From Mobula hypostoma (taxonomy: Eukaryota), in the NCBI RefSeq assembly GCF_963921235.1, contig NC_086097.1, positions 211,298,001 to 211,362,000 of the forward strand: a stretch of 64,000 nucleotides of DNA, written 5' to 3'. Under the pieces are notes generated by a model, which searched no databases, was not told the DNA's origin, and saw nothing but the letters and a program-made list of their open reading frames with translations. The first letter of the stretch is position 1, and each line of letters opens with the position of its first letter. A program made the translations under genes and the position numbers. Shown here piece by piece: positions 12,958 to 26,912 of the stretch.

Positions 12958-13489
12958 ATGAGTCAGAAATTCTGAGAATCAATTATCAAGGGTAAATATG
13001 AATGACCAGCATTTAAACATATTCATTTACAGCCACAGTGCACCGATGGTTACTTGTTTTCAATTAAGAGAAGAGGAATGATACAAAAAGGAAGAGGGTG
13101 ATCCAGGGTGCAACGCCAATCTTTCAGAATCTCTTTTGCATTTAATATGTCAATGTAATACAAAAAAAATCAAATAAAAATACCTGGACAAGAAGCTTAC
13201 TGAAATTATATCTCAATTGCTTTGGCAGAATAGTACATTTCCAGTGCAAGGGGAATCTTAAATGAAATCCCTGAATAGGTCTCACATGTTTAATAGCAAG
13301 AAGAGAAAAATGCACCAAGTAAAATCAGCAGGAAAAGTAAGGCAAGGATATGGGAAAAATAACAATGAAACCAAATTATCAAGAACATTAACATTAGAAA
13401 GACATTTTGAAGAAAAATAAATTAAAATAGGGAGGTTGGAATGGAAACAGAACCAAAAATTAAAGATGATAAACATAAAACCATAGGAG

Positions 13490-15680
13490 TGACAGCAAAC
13501 TGACTGAAATGTAATTTTGCTTCAGCATTTACCAGTGAAGTGGATCAGTTGGGGGTGACATTAGAAATAATGCAACAGTACATAACCACATATAGTTACT
13601 GTGGTATAATATTCTCTTTCTGATGGAAACTATCTTGGTGTCATAAGTCAGCATGGTTTTCTTAAGGTGAAATCTTGCCTGACAAATCTGCTGAATTTTA
13701 TCAAAAAATAACAAGCAGAGTAGACAAAAGAGAGTCAGTGAATGTTGTTTACTTGGATTTTCAAAAGGCCTTTGATAAGGTGCTGCACATGAGGCTTCTT
13801 CACAAATTAAGAACCCATGGTATTACAGGAAAGATACTTGCATGGTGAGAAGATTGGCTGATTGGCAGGGGGGCAAAGAGTGCGAACAAAGGGAAGCTTT
13901 TTTTTGGTCGGCTGCTGGTGACTAGTGGTTTTCCACAGGGGTTACTGCTGGGACTGCTTCTTTTCACAATATATGTCAATGATTTGGATACAGAATTGAT
14001 GGCTTTGTGTCCATGTTTGTGGACAATACAAGGAAGATGGAGAGGCAGGTAGGGATGAGGAAGCAGGGATTCTGCGGAAGGACGTAGACAGATCAGGCGA
14101 GTGGTCAAAGAATTGGCAGATGTAATACACTGTAGCGTAGTGTATTGCTCTGCACTTTGGTAGGAGGAATAAAGGCATAGACTATTTTCTAAATGTGGAG
14201 GGGGAGTTCAGAAATCAGAGGTGCAAAGTGACTTGTGAGTCCTCGTGCAGGATTCCCTAAGGTTAATTTGCAGGTTGAGTCGGTCGTAAGGAAGGCAATG
14301 CAAAGTTAGCATTCAATTTGACAGGACTAGAATATAAAAGCAAGGCTTTATAAGACATAGGTCAGACAACACTTGGACCATTGTGAGCAGTTTTTGGCCC
14401 CTTATCTACGAAAGGATGTGCTGTCATTGGAGATGGTCCAGAGAAGGTTCACAAGAATGATCCCAGGAATGAAAGGATTAATTTATGAGGAGTGTTTGGT
14501 GGCTTTGGGCCTATATTCACTGCAGTTTATAAGAATGAGGGAGACCTCATTAAAATCTATTGAATATTAACAGACCTACATAGAGTGGACATGGAGAGGA
14601 TCTTTTCTGTAACGAGGGAGACTAGAACCAGAGGGCACAGCCTCAGAATGCAAGTACTACTCGAGCTGATTGTGGACTTTAGAAAAGGTAAGACAAGGGA
14701 ACATGAACCAATCCTCATGGAGAGATCATAAGTGGAGAGAGTGAGCAGTTTCAAGTTCCTTGGTGTCAAGATCTCTGAGGATCTAACCTGGTCCCAACAT
14801 ATCAACACAGCTATAAAGAAGGCAAGAGAGCTGCTATATTTCATTAGAAGTTTGGGGAGGTTTAGTTTGTCACCTAAAAAAACTTGAAAACTTCTACAGA
14901 TGTACCGTGGAGAGCATTCTAACAGGCTGCGTCACTGTCTGGTATGGGGGTAGTGGGGAGAGGGCTACTGCACAGGACTGAAAGAAGCTGCAGAAAATTG
15001 TAAAATTAGTCAGCTCTGTCATGGATACTAGTATGCAAGACACCTTCAAGGAGCAGTACCTCAGAAAGGCTTCATCGCCCAGGACATGCTCTCTTCTCAC
15101 TGTTACCATCAGGAAGGAGGTTCAGAAGCCTGAAGGTACACACTCAGTGATTCAGGAACTGCTTCTACCCCCTTGCCATCTGATTTCTGAATGGACACTG
15201 AACCCATGAACACTAACTCACTTTTTTTTATTATTTCTTTTTTTTCACTGGTTTTAATTTAACTATTTAATATACATATATATGCTTACTGTAATTGATT
15301 TACTTATTTATTTATTTTCTATATTATCACTACCGCTAGGTTAACAAACTTCATGACATAAGCCAATGATATTAAACCTGATTCTGATTCTGATCCTGGT
15401 TCTGACTTCCTTTTAGAACAGAGATGAGGAGGAATTTCTTTTGCTAGAGGGTGGTGAATCTGTGGAATTCATTGCTACTGATGGCTTTGGAGGCCATATC
15501 ATTGTGCATATTTAAAGTAGAGGTTGTTAGTCTCTTGATTAATACGAGTGTCAAAGGTTTTGGGGAGAAGGCAGGAGAATGGGGTTGAGGGGGTTAATAA
15601 ATCGCTCGTTTTGGAATGGCAGAGCAGATTCAATAGGCTGAATGGCCCAATTCTGCTCCTATGTCTCATGGTCTTATCTC
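13490..15680 (+). mobile_element. Degraded CR1 RT/3' end, interrupted by a Rex1-like element
   Basis: YLDFQKAFD-like, QRRFTRMIPG, CR1 3' UTR. Confidence 0.8.
14660..15400 (+). mobile_element. Rex1/Babar-like LINE 3' portion
   Basis: Homologous to 8923-9849; (CTGATT)n tail. Confidence 0.8.
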
Positions 15681-16591
15681 ATGCTCTTACCCACCTAACT
15701 TGCAGGCTTCTTATTCAGTACTTTATTTCACTATCACGTTTAGTTGTCTGCCATGGCTCATCATTACCATTCCTTCTTTTGAATGAGAAAAGCTTGTGGT
15801 CAAGCTACACTCCAGTTGCATTGACCACATAATTCTGGGTTTTTTTCATTATTTCTGAAAGCTGAACAGAGATCCCATTCAGTGTTGTGTGTATGTACAA
15901 AAACTCCCCAGATTATTTTATAATTAGACCAGGCAACTTCTCTCAATATTCTGAGTAGTATTTATCCCTTCATGAATATCAGTAAAAACATCTGAAGATC
16001 AAGTATCCCATTGCTCCTTATAGGTCCCTGTTGTGCTTACGTTAACTGCATATTTCCTTATGTTACAAGAATGACTTCATTTCCTAAGTACTTAATTTTC
16101 TGTAAGTCAGCTTGGCTTGTCCATATGTTTTGAAGAATTCTAATATATAAATTATGTTAAAACCCAGTAAGGGGTTAAAGACCAGAGCCAAGCTTATTTT
16201 GGGCTCAGCACAGTTTTATGTGCAAGGTTATATTTTACTAACAGATGGCAACTATTAACTAGCTTTTGTGTTAATGATGCAGAATGTGCAGACAGCTGGG
16301 ATTTGAATAAACTTGCCAACATTTGAATTAAATAATACTCTTGGTTGGATTATAAGTCTGAGTGGACCTTCAGCTGTCTTAGAAAAGTCAAGAAGGAAAG
16401 AAGACTGATACACAGGCAGAAAGCAAAAGAATTGGATCCAGCAGTCCAGTCAGAATTCAACTATGTCCCTGTGCTTCTTTTGAGATATTCTTAATACTAT
16501 TAGTTTGCAAAGATAGCAAACTTAATTCATTTTAAGAATAAAAGATATATTAAGAATGTTTCAACCCATGTTTGAAAACATTATGTATTAC

Positions 16592-17137
16592 CGTGTACTG
16601 GTTGCCTCTTTACGAGGAGAATATAGTTACCAAACACTGGGCAAAGAAAAGATTTGAGATGAAGTTACACCTTTAGGGAAAAGATAAGTAAGCTGAGTTT
16701 CTTTCCTCCTGAAGTTCTGCAGTCTTCGGATCTCACTGACTTTCTCAAACAAGAGAACGTCTGCAGAAGCTAGAAATCCAAGCAACACGCACAAAATGTG
16801 GGGGGTCCCACCAGGCCAGGCAGCATCTATGGAAAAGAGTACAGTCGACATACAGTCCTGCCGAAAAGTCTCCGCCTGAAATGGCGACTGTACTCTTTTC
16901 CGTAGATGCTGCCTGGCCTGCTGAGTTCACTGACTTCCTGTTTGGAGGCTTGCATGAATTGGAGCTCTCCCCTACTTTGGATCCCCTGCACCATAATTTC
17001 CTAGGCTGCATTTGAAAACCTAAACCATGCAAATCTGCTGCAGAGTTTCCAATGTTAAAGATGGGGAAATTCCAGGATGAGCATTGTTAGAACAATTGTT
17101 GGTTTTAGCAAATGATTTTGGCTACCAGTCTTCACAT
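16592..17137 (-). pseudogene. Probable pseudo-exon interrupted by a Penelope-terminus insert
   Basis: Acceptor tattcag, donor gtaata; removing insert 16743-16926 plus one TSD gives EIMVQGIQSRGELQFMQASKQEVSEIRRLQNFRRKETQLTYLFPKG in one frame. Confidence 0.4.
16743..16926. mobile_element. Penelope-type palindromic terminal repeat insert
   Basis: Inverted arms ggccaggcagcatcta/tagatgctgcctggcc; TSD tcactgactt at 16733-16742 and 16927-16936. Confidence 0.7.
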
Positions 17138-17600
17138 CTGAATATGTATTGTGGATTTAATTTGGAGTGCTGCTCTGAACAATGGGTTCCTAAAGGCAGT
17201 GAATCTGAGACCAAACAATGCTGATTAAAATTGATTTGGGTATCTGTGGTGCGTGTGTGAAGGTGGAGGTGTGAAGTTTCTATGTAGTTTCAAAGAAAGC
17301 CTTTTCCATACTTTGTAAATATTGATTTGTCCTTTGATGTTTAGCACATAAAACACCGAGCCCCACTTTGGCCAGGTGAGATGTTTTGTCTGAAAGCATC
17401 TCCGTATGGTGCCTACTGTACCTTGTTTTGTCGACTAAAGAAGCTGCTTAGTATCTACCAGTGCTTTTCTCCGGTTGTTTCATTCACACAACAAGCATCT
17501 CCCATTTACTAAGGCTCAACTCAGACCTTTAACCCGCACCTCCACTCGATACAACTGATTCATCATCCACTTCAGTACCCTACTTTCACTTCTCCCCTAG

Positions 17601-18285
17601 GGAGGAGAAGATGGCGGCGCGACGCAGCTCGCAGCGGCCACTCCAGTGGTGATGTCTGTTATCTGTCAAGTAGGGTGCCGTGCACAATCCTGATTTGATG
17701 GAGACAGACATGAAAGCACAGAGGAATATCTGGTGAACTTCTGAAATGCCTGCTTCGCTGCTGCTGCTACTGTGTGATCCAGAATCTCCAGAGGGGAAGG
17801 CCCAGAGTCCTCGGCTTTGCTTGTTGCTCGGCAGCCGGGGCAGAGTCAAAGCGCTCGGCAGAGGATGGTGCTCGGTGCTCAGTGTCGGAGGGCTGGTTGG
17901 AGGCTCGAAGTTTTCGGATGGTCTCAGGGTCCGCTGCGGTCGGGTGCTTCCAATGGTGCTGCATCGGCAAGTTTGCAGTGCTTGGAGGTTCGTGGCAGGG
18001 AGAGTTTCTCCCTTCTACCATCTGCGTGAGATGATGAGGCTATCGGAACTTTGAGACTTTTTTTTACCGTGTCCATAGTCTGCTCTTTATCAAATTACGG
18101 TATTGCTGTGCACTGTTGTAACTATATGTTAAAATTATGTGGTTTTGTTACTTTTAGTTTTGGTTTGTCTTGTGTTTCTTGTGATATCATTCTGGAGGAA
18201 CATTGTATCATTTTTTAATGCCTGCATTTCTAAATGACAATAAATGAGGACTGAGTATCCTCATAATCTAATAATCTAATCTAAT
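17601..18285 (+). mobile_element. Non-autonomous retroposon (CpG-rich head, AATAAA, (ATCTA)n tail)
   Basis: aagatggcggcg head, no convincing ORF, tandem-repeat 3' tail typical of target-primed insertion. Confidence 0.55.
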
Positions 18286-18289
18286 ATCC

Positions 18290-21200
18290 ATTGGTTATTG
18301 CTTCAGCGGTTTGATCGGGGCACGACTGCGCAAGCGCATGTGCATCTGCCAGTGAGAAGAGTATAAAAATGAGAAGAGTTTGAAAGGAGATGATTATTTC
18401 TTCAGCAGTTTGATCAGGGCATCACTGCGCAAACACGTGGGCATGAGCCAGTGAGAACAGCGAGAAGAGTTTAAAAAGAAGACAGCTTTATAGAGTGGGC
18501 ACCAAAGTAGAGGGAGACAGAGTAGGAAGTCTTTGGTTCAACGGGGCTTCAGCGATAACGGGTCAAGCCCAGGTAGCTTAACTGTGTAGAACACAGACAG
18601 GAAGAATGTGTGTGAGGCTGGTGCTCTGTGCTCAGTGTCAGATGTGGGAAGTCCTGGAGACTCCCAGCCTCCCAGACAGCCACATCTGTGCCAGGTGTGT
18701 TGAGCTGCAGCTCCTTAGGGACCGTGTTAGGGAACTGGAGATGCAGCTCAATGACCTTCATCTGGTCAGGGAGAGTGAGGAGGTGATAGATAGGAGATAC
18801 AGGCAGGTGGTCACACCGGGGCCTTGGGAGACAGATAAGTTGGTAACAGTCAGGAGAGGGAAGGGCAAGAGGCCCTAGAGAGCACCCCAGTGGCTGTCCC
18901 CCTTAACAATAAGTACTCCTGTTTGAGTACTGTGGGGGGGGGATGGCCTACCTGGGAGAAGCGACAATGGCCGTGCCTCTGGCACAGAGTCTGTGGCTCA
19001 GAAGGATAGGGAAAGGAAGAGGATGGCAACAGTGATAGGGGACTCTATAGTTAGGGGGTGAGACAGATGATTCGTTGGATGCAGGAAAGAAACACGGATG
19101 GTAGTTTGCCTCCCAGATACCGGGGTCCGGGATGTTTCTGATCACATCCACGATATCCTGAAGTGGGAAGGAGAACAGCCAGAGGTCATGGTACATATTG
19201 GTACCAACGACATAGGTAGGAAAAGGAGGAGGTCCTGAAAACAGACTACAGGGAGTGAGGAAGGAAGTTGAAAAGCAGGACCACAAAGGTAGTAATCTTG
19301 GGATTACTGCCTGTGCCATGTGACAGTGAGTATAGGAATAGAGTGAGGTGGAGGATAAATGTGTAGTTGAGGGATTGGAGCAGAGGGCAGGATCATTAGG
19401 ACCTCTTTTGGGGCAGGTGTGACCTGTATGGAAAGGAGGGGTTGCACTTGAATCCCAAGGGGACCAATATCCTGGCGAAAAGGTTCGCAAAGGTTATTAG
19501 GGAGAGTTTAAACTAGAATTACTGGGGGGTGGGAACCAAACTGAAGTGTTGGAGGAAGAAGCAGTTGGATCACAAATAGAGAAAGCTTGGAGACTGTGCG
19601 AGAGGGAGGATAGGCAGGTGATAGAGAAGGGACGCGCTCAGACCGATGGTTTGAGATGTGTCTATTTTAATGCAAGGAGTATTATGAACAAAGCAGATGA
19701 GCTTAGAGCATGGATCAGTACTTGGAGCTATGATGTTGTTGCCATTACAGAGACTTGGATGGCTCAGGGACAGGAATGGTTACTTTGAGTGCCAGACTTT
19801 AGATGTTTCAGAAAGAACAGGGAGGGAGGCAAAAGAAGGAGGGCGAGGCACTGTTGATCAGAGATAGTGTCATGGCTGCAGAAAAGGAGGAAGTTATGGA
19901 GGGATTGTCTACGAAATCTCTAAGGGGGGAAGTTGGGAACAGGAAGAGGTCAATAATTCTACTGGGTGTTTCTTATAGAACACCCTAGAGTAACAGATGC
20001 TAGGGAGACATACTCTGGAAAGGTGTAATAATACCAGGTTTGTTGCAGTGGGAGATTTTAATTTCCCAAATATTGATTAGCATGTTCCTAGAGTGAGGGG
20101 TTTAGATGGGGTGGGGTTTGTTAGGTGTGTTCAGGAAAGTTTCTTGACACAATATGTAGATAAGCCTACAAGAGGAGAGGCTGTACTTGATCTGGGATTG
20201 GGAAATGAACCTGGGCAGGTGTCAGATCTCTCAGTGGGAGAGCATTTTGGAGATAGTGATCACAATTCTATCTCCTTTACCACAGCATTGGAGAGGGATA
20301 GGAACAGACAAGTTAGAAAGCGCTTAATTGGAGTAAAGGGAAATATGAGGCTATCAGGCAGGAACTTGGAAGCATAAATTGGAAACAGATGTTCTCAGGG
20401 AAATGTACAGAAGAAATGTGGCAAATGACCAGGGAATATTTGTGTGGAGTTCTGCATAGGTACGTTCCAATGATACAGGGAAAGGATGGTAAGGTACAGG
20501 AACCATGGTGTGCAAAGGCTGTCGTAAACCTAGTCAAGAAGAAAAGAAGAGCTTATGAAAAGTTCAAAAATCTAGGTAATGATAGCGATCTATAAGATTA
20601 TAAGGCGAGCAAGAAGGAGCTTAAGAATGAAATTAGTAGAGCCAGAAGGGGCCATGAGAAGGCCTTGGCAGACAGGATTAAGGAAAATCCCAAGGCATTC
20701 TACAAGTATGTGAAAAGCAAGAGGATAAGATGTGAGAGAATAAGTCCAATCAAGTGTGACAGTGGAGAAGTGTGTATGGAACCAGAGGAGATAGCAGAGG
20801 TACTTATTGAGTATTTTGCTTCAGTCTTCACTACAGAAAAGGACCTTGGCAATTGTAGAGATGACTCATAGCGGACTAAAAAGCTTGAGCATATAGACAT
20901 TAAGAAAGAGGATGTGCTGGAGCTTTTGGAAAGTACCAAGTTGGATAAGTCTCTGGGACTGGACAAGATGTACCTAGTCTACTGTGTGAGGCGAGGGAGG
21001 AGGTTACTGAGCCTCTGGTGATGATCTTTGTATCATCAATGAGGACGGGAGAGGTTCCAGAGGATTGGAGGGTTGCGGATGTTGTTCCTTTATTCAAGAA
21101 AGGGCGTAGAGATAGCCCAGGAAATTATAGACCAGTGAGTCTTACTTCAGTGGTTGGTAAATTGATGGAGAAGATCCTGAGAGGCAGGACTTATGAACAT

Positions 21201-23270
21201 TTGGAGAGGCATAATATGATTAGGAATAGTCAGCATGGCTTTGTCAAAGGCATATTGCGCCTTACGGGTCTGATTGAATATTTTGAGGTTGTGACGAAAC
21301 AAATTGATGAAGATAGAGCAGTAGATGTAGTGTATATAGATTTCAGCAAGGCATTTGATAAGGTACCCCATGCAAGGCTTATTGAGAAGGTAAAGAGGCA
21401 TGGGATCCAAGGGAACATTGCTACGTGGAGCAATGGCTTGCCCACAGAACTCAAAGAGTGTTTGTAGACAGGTCATATTCTGCATGGAGGTTGGTGACCA
21501 ATGCTGTGCCTCAGGGATATGTTCTGGGACACCTTCTCTTTGTGATTTTTATAAATGACCTGGATGAGGAAGTGGAGGGATGGGTTAGTAAATTTGCTGA
21601 TGACACAAAGGTTTTCAGTGTTGTGGATAGTCTGGAGGGGTGTCAGAGGTTACAGCGGGACCTTGATAGGATGCAAAACTGGGCTGAGAAGTGGCAGATG
21701 GAGTTCAACCCAGATAAGTGTGAGGTGGTTCATTTTGGTAGGTCAAGTATGATGGCAGAATATAGTATTAATGGTAAGACTTTTGGCAGTGTGAAGGATC
21801 AGAGGGATCTTGGGGTCCACGTCCATAGGGCACTCAAAGCTATTGTGCCAGTTGACTCTATGGTTAAGAAGGCATACGGTGCATTGACCTTCATCAACCA
21901 TGGGATTGAGTTTAAGAGCCGAGCGGTAATGTTGCAGCTATATAGGACCCAGGTCAGACCCCACTTGGAGTACTGTGCTCAATTCTGGTAACCTTACTAC
22001 AGGAAGGATGTGGAAACCATAGAAAGGGTGCAGAGGAGATTTACAAGAATGTTGCCTGGATTGGGGAGCATGCCTCATGATAATAGGTTGAGTGAACTCA
22101 GTCTTTTCTCCTTGGAGCGACGGAGGATGAGAGGTGACCTGATAGAGGTGTACAAGATGATGAGAGGCATTGATCGTGTGGATAGTCATAGGTTTTTACT
22201 CAGGGCTGAAAAGGCTAGCACAAGAGGGCACAGTTTTAAGGTGCTTGGAAGTAGGTACAGAGGAGATATCAGAGGTATGTTTTTTACGCTGAGAGTGGTG
22301 AGTGCGTGGAATGGGCTGCCGGCCATGGTGGTGGAGGCGGAAAAGATAGGGTCTTTTAAGAGACTCCTGGATAGGTACTTTTACGTGCCCGTGGGTTTCG
22401 TTTACTGTGAGAGTCACTTTAAGAGACGTCTGGATGAGGAGGGACTATGATATCAGTATTACAAGCTGCGACAGACCACTGAGGTGTTCAGTAGTAAGAT
22501 GAGAGAGTGAGAAGAAGGACTTTGGACTGCAAACTGCCAGTAGGAGTTTGCTGTAAAATGGGTAAAGTCTGATACTTTCCCATGCCCAAAAGATTTGGTT
22601 GCTCAATAGAACATCATGCATTGGATGTGGGACTGTCACTTCGTATAATCCAAACGTGGATGTTTGTTGGAATATCCTGTGGGACCACTGTTGTTAACCC
22701 TTACCTGGGTTCGGGGGTGTTATGTGGTAACCACTTGGAAGAAAGGATATTCCGTGACTGTCACCCTGTGATGTTTTACATGGGTTTCAGAACAACTCGA
22801 CGGGTAAGATCTTCGGCGACTGTTATTTTGTTTACCCAGCATGGAACCTGTGGAATTTCTTCATAATAGCCTTCTCTCTACATTTTAACATGGATTTACA
22901 AATACCTCCCCTCACTCATTTGTTCTGTAGATTACTGGACCTTTTCTACTTTGCCATCTTAAGACTTTAAGAACTGTTCCTAAGCTTGACTGTTTGGGAC
23001 ACACAAACACAACACTGTTAATTTCTTTTTGTTTCATTTAATTTTCTATATTTTGACTTGATACTAATAAAGATAGTGGTTTTACCATTAAAACCTGGCT
23101 CAATATGTGATCTATTGTTGCTGGATACGTAATAGTACATGGAGCTTAGAAAAATAGAGGGTTATTGGTAACCCAAGGTAATTTCTAAGGTAAGGACATG
23201 TTCAGTACAGCTTTGTGCGCTGAAGGGCCTGTATTGTGCTGTAGGATTTCTATGTTTCTATGCTTCTATC
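18290..23270 (+). mobile_element. Full-length degraded CR1, interrupted by solo LTR 22379-23134
   Basis: Duplicated ~100-bp 5' UTR unit, ORF1 zinc finger, YFNARS endonuclease, FADD RT, (TTTCTATG)n tail. Confidence 0.9.
22379..23134 (+). mobile_element. Solo LTR (degenerate termini)
   Basis: TTTTACG...CGTAATA ends, TSD gtac on both sides; CR1 sequence resumes at 23135. Confidence 0.8.
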
Positions 23271-23629
23271 CCTCTGGTGTCAAGAATTATACCTGTAGCA
23301 AATGAGTGGCAATAACTGAATGCTGGAAGTATGAAATAAGCAGGCACCTCAGAACTGTTCCCCGAATTGATGCTGGGTTCTGACAGATCAGTTTAATTAA
23401 ATTCCAGATATATTTAATTACATGAATTTAATTTCCACAACTGCCCATTCACGTACCTGTCAGTGATTCAGGAATATTCTGCTAATCAGGCAATGTAACC
23501 GCAAAATAGAATTATGAACCATTCAGTAGAAACATTAGACAGAAAACTGGTTGTGTTTAGCTTTTTGGATTTTGGGGATTATCAAGAACAAGCCTTTCCA
23601 AACTAGCCTTAGGAGAGGCTAAAATCAAA

Positions 23630-23830
23630 CTAGTATGTCTTTCTGGTTTGCGGAGGTGCTTCGCCTTGTTAATAGCTGAGGAGATATTTTCTGCCACTGC
23701 CTTCAGCACCTGGTCATGGTGAAAGTGGCCTTCACCCAGGGCTATTGGGCAGCTGCTATGGATGTGTTCCAAGATCACTCTGCCAGGGCAGAGATGATAT
23801 GATGGTACCTTGCCTTTGCCCCAAGCAAAC
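23630..23830 (-). mobile_element. HERO/R2-like (RLE-clade) non-LTR fragment
   Basis: LEHIHSSCPIALGEG...HDQVLKAVAE resembles the zinc-knuckle/RHD region of RLE-clade elements. Confidence 0.6.
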
Positions 23831-25049
23831 TTGCAGTGGTACCTTCATATCCAAAATGTTTTTATCCACAAAGTTGTGGCTAATGTCAGTTCAGTGAAAA
23901 GTACAGGCAATTGGGTCACAGCTTCAGAAAGAAACCTTCAGGGTATCTACTTAACCAGCCATAGATAAGTTTTAGGGAATAAACAGAGAAAGTGGAAGGG
24001 TTAAAATGTAAGAGAGTGGATTATAATAAATAAATCCAGTATCAGATGGAGAAGGCAAACTGGAGAGATGAAAAAGAGATTAAATTATGAAACCAAGAAA
24101 AAGCTAAAATGGAAAAGAAATGCAAATTGAAGTGTGACATGTACAAAATCTTGCTGACCTATCCAAACCTAGAGGATGAGACTATGTCCTCACTACAATC
24201 TTAGTCAGGTCAATTGCCACTTGTCACCACGACTATCATGTAATTGATATTAAATAGAAGAATACCATCTTTTGTAAACACAACTTCCTAAAAGGCTAAT
24301 AATGATGCAGTCAATGCAGTGCAATTTTTAAAACTTAATGTGAGAACTACTCAAATCCAAGAACAATCTTCATGATCTTTATTCAAAATAGCTTAATTAG
24401 TTAATTTGACATAACGGTGATACCACAGTCTTCATTATTATTTTGAAATTAAAATCCAACCCCTTGTTCACTCTTGAGACCCTGTTGGAACCTGGCGATC
24501 TTCAATGGGACCTGCTATTTCAAAATCCTGGTTTTCCTCAATGGACTTGATGGAATGAATCTCTGGCCTTGAGGAATTTGAAACCATTAAGTACATACCT
24601 CAGAAATATTAATATGCTTTAATCTATTCCATGTTCATTAATATTGATATACAGATGATTGATTGTCTTGCAGAATAGTAAGCTTACATGTTTTCAAGTT
24701 TAGATCAACAGTAAAATTATATTTTGATTCTATTGTAAATTAAGTTTTACTAAATATTGAAGAAAACAGGAAACAAGCATGGGTTTATTTCATTTTAAGC
24801 ACATGTTCAAAACATCCATATTTTCCTTTTTTAACTCAAAGGACAAAGTAATTAAAACATGCAAAAATTATGAATATTCACAATTAAGTGCCAGTAAGAG
24901 ATAAATTTTAATTATCTTTTCACCCAGTGGCAGTTTAAAATGTTCAGCTCAATCCTAAAACTGCTTTGAGACATCTGATTTGACTTCAAGTTCACAGTTT
25001 GCAAAATTAATGGCTTGTCCCTGAGTCATTCATTAAGGTATGACAAATC

Positions 25050-25591
25050 ATGTAAAAAAGCCAGCAAGGATTGCCTCTAAAGTCATTCTACCACAGGTTA
25101 TATAATTCCCATTACAAGCTGTAGGCTCTTCCAGATATGTTGGATTTTTCACATTGGCAGTTAAAACGGTCACATTGAAAAGCACCCTGACGTTTGTCCG
25201 TTTCTTTAACTTCCAGCAATCATGTAAAACGAATTCCAATGAAAGGACCATTTTACATTGAAATCGATGTAAATAATTAATCAGGAGAAAAGTGAAACCT
25301 GCTGCCAATTCATTATAAACTATTCCCACTCGTATAAATTTAAAATTATTCTGTGGAGTGGGCATTGACATAAATAACCAATGCCATGCTACTTACAGAG
25401 AAGCTCAACACATATATCCGGAGTCAGAGACGTGTAAGTAGAACACATCGGTTGATTAGATCTGTCCTCAGATTTCTGAATGGGCACTAAGCCCAACATG
25501 AAATGGCAGTGGGGCAATTGAGGAGGTTTCTCACTGGAATACAGCAATAATACCACATGAAGTCTTTGGAGAAAAACACACGAGGTGCTAT
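25050..25591 (-). pseudogene. Two probable pseudo-exons separated by a 98-bp intron (25299-25396)
   Basis: gtaagt donor and gcagcag acceptor; phase-1 join gives DICVELL-CFTFLLINYLHRFQCKMVLSLEFVLHD. Confidence 0.4.
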
Positions 25592-26144
25592 CTACCCAGA
25601 CTATTAATTTTCATGGCCAGTGTTGTGAGAATAAATAACTGATCCATTTCACAGCTTTTACATCTGGCCATCAATTTGTCAGACAAATATATAACCCAAA
25701 CTCTGGGAAGTATTTGATAAAATGTTCCCAATTATTTTGAGATTGGGTGGGGAAATGGATTTTAGGTCAATGATCCGCCATGATCTTATTGGATGGCAGG
25801 GTCTGTATGGTCTTTTGCTGTTTTTTTACAATTTTATTTTGCAAATCAATAAACAAGACATTAAACTGTGCATGTTTGTATTTATTTAGGGTTACAGAAC
25901 AAACCTCTTCATAATTCTACTTCTTAAAAATTGAGTTTCAATACAATACATCCACAAATGGATTTTGAATGGTGCCCTCAGGATAGTTCATGGGTTTTAA
26001 ATTAAAAATGACATAGAAATTCAGAAGAGTGTTTTTGGATTTTTAGGGAATCTAAAATCAATTTGCAACGCAAAATTATTCACATTGGCTGAATGGCAAC
26101 TAATACCACACACTGTGAATGAAATGAAACTTTCAATCAGTCAC

Positions 26145-26912
26145 TTCCTTGCAGAAGAGGCATTCAACAGAAAAAGTTTTCCTCAGCCGAGTACCAAACC
26201 AGCAGGTGAATCAGAAATAGAGACACAGTGATGATACATCCTCCTTAACTCACAAAGCTGATGCTTCATCTCCGAGACTCCAATATACAAAGTCGGTCAA
26301 CCCTTGTAAAACTCTGAAGATGCTAAATAATGCATTTGCTGCTACGAGTGCAGTCCTAAAGGCACCAAATAATTCTCTAAAGATAACGATAGCCACCACA
26401 CTGCAAATCTACGAGACACCCTGAGCTAACACAGCAGGCTGTGGCAGACAGGTTGGTTGTACTGTGTGCCAGTGCACAGTTGGATGGCAGGGACTGGCAA
26501 AAGTTTCTTCCCTCATGACATTAAGCTTCAACATGATCCCCTGACACAAGCCACATCTACTGAGAGATAGGTACGCCCAGAGTAGACTCCACATCACACA
26601 GTATCGCCACTTGGAAACCAGGACTTCCCTTACTGTGAGTTCTCTCGTTCCTTGTGAAGATGGAGATGACCCAGTGAGAACAGCTGTAATGGCTTCCTTA
26701 GTATGAGTAGTGCAACATCGGAAATGGTGGGGGGGGGTAGGATTAGAGCTGTTGGGGCTGGGGTCAGAGTAGATGGTGGGTGTCTGTACCATTCTCACGT
26801 TATTGTCAGCATTAACTCCCATCACTCCACCATTATCATCTGCAGCTGGCAGGATAGTTTCTCATATATATTATAAGATTTCTTCAAGTTCTTTTTCCAC
26901 TCTTGAACACTT
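26145..26912 (-). pseudogene. Probable pseudo-exon(s) of the RGS-like gene
   Basis: Non-repeat, higher-GC island; acceptor aatgacag; fragments RELTVREVL, LENYLVP, ISDSPAG. Reading frame not resolved. Confidence 0.35.
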
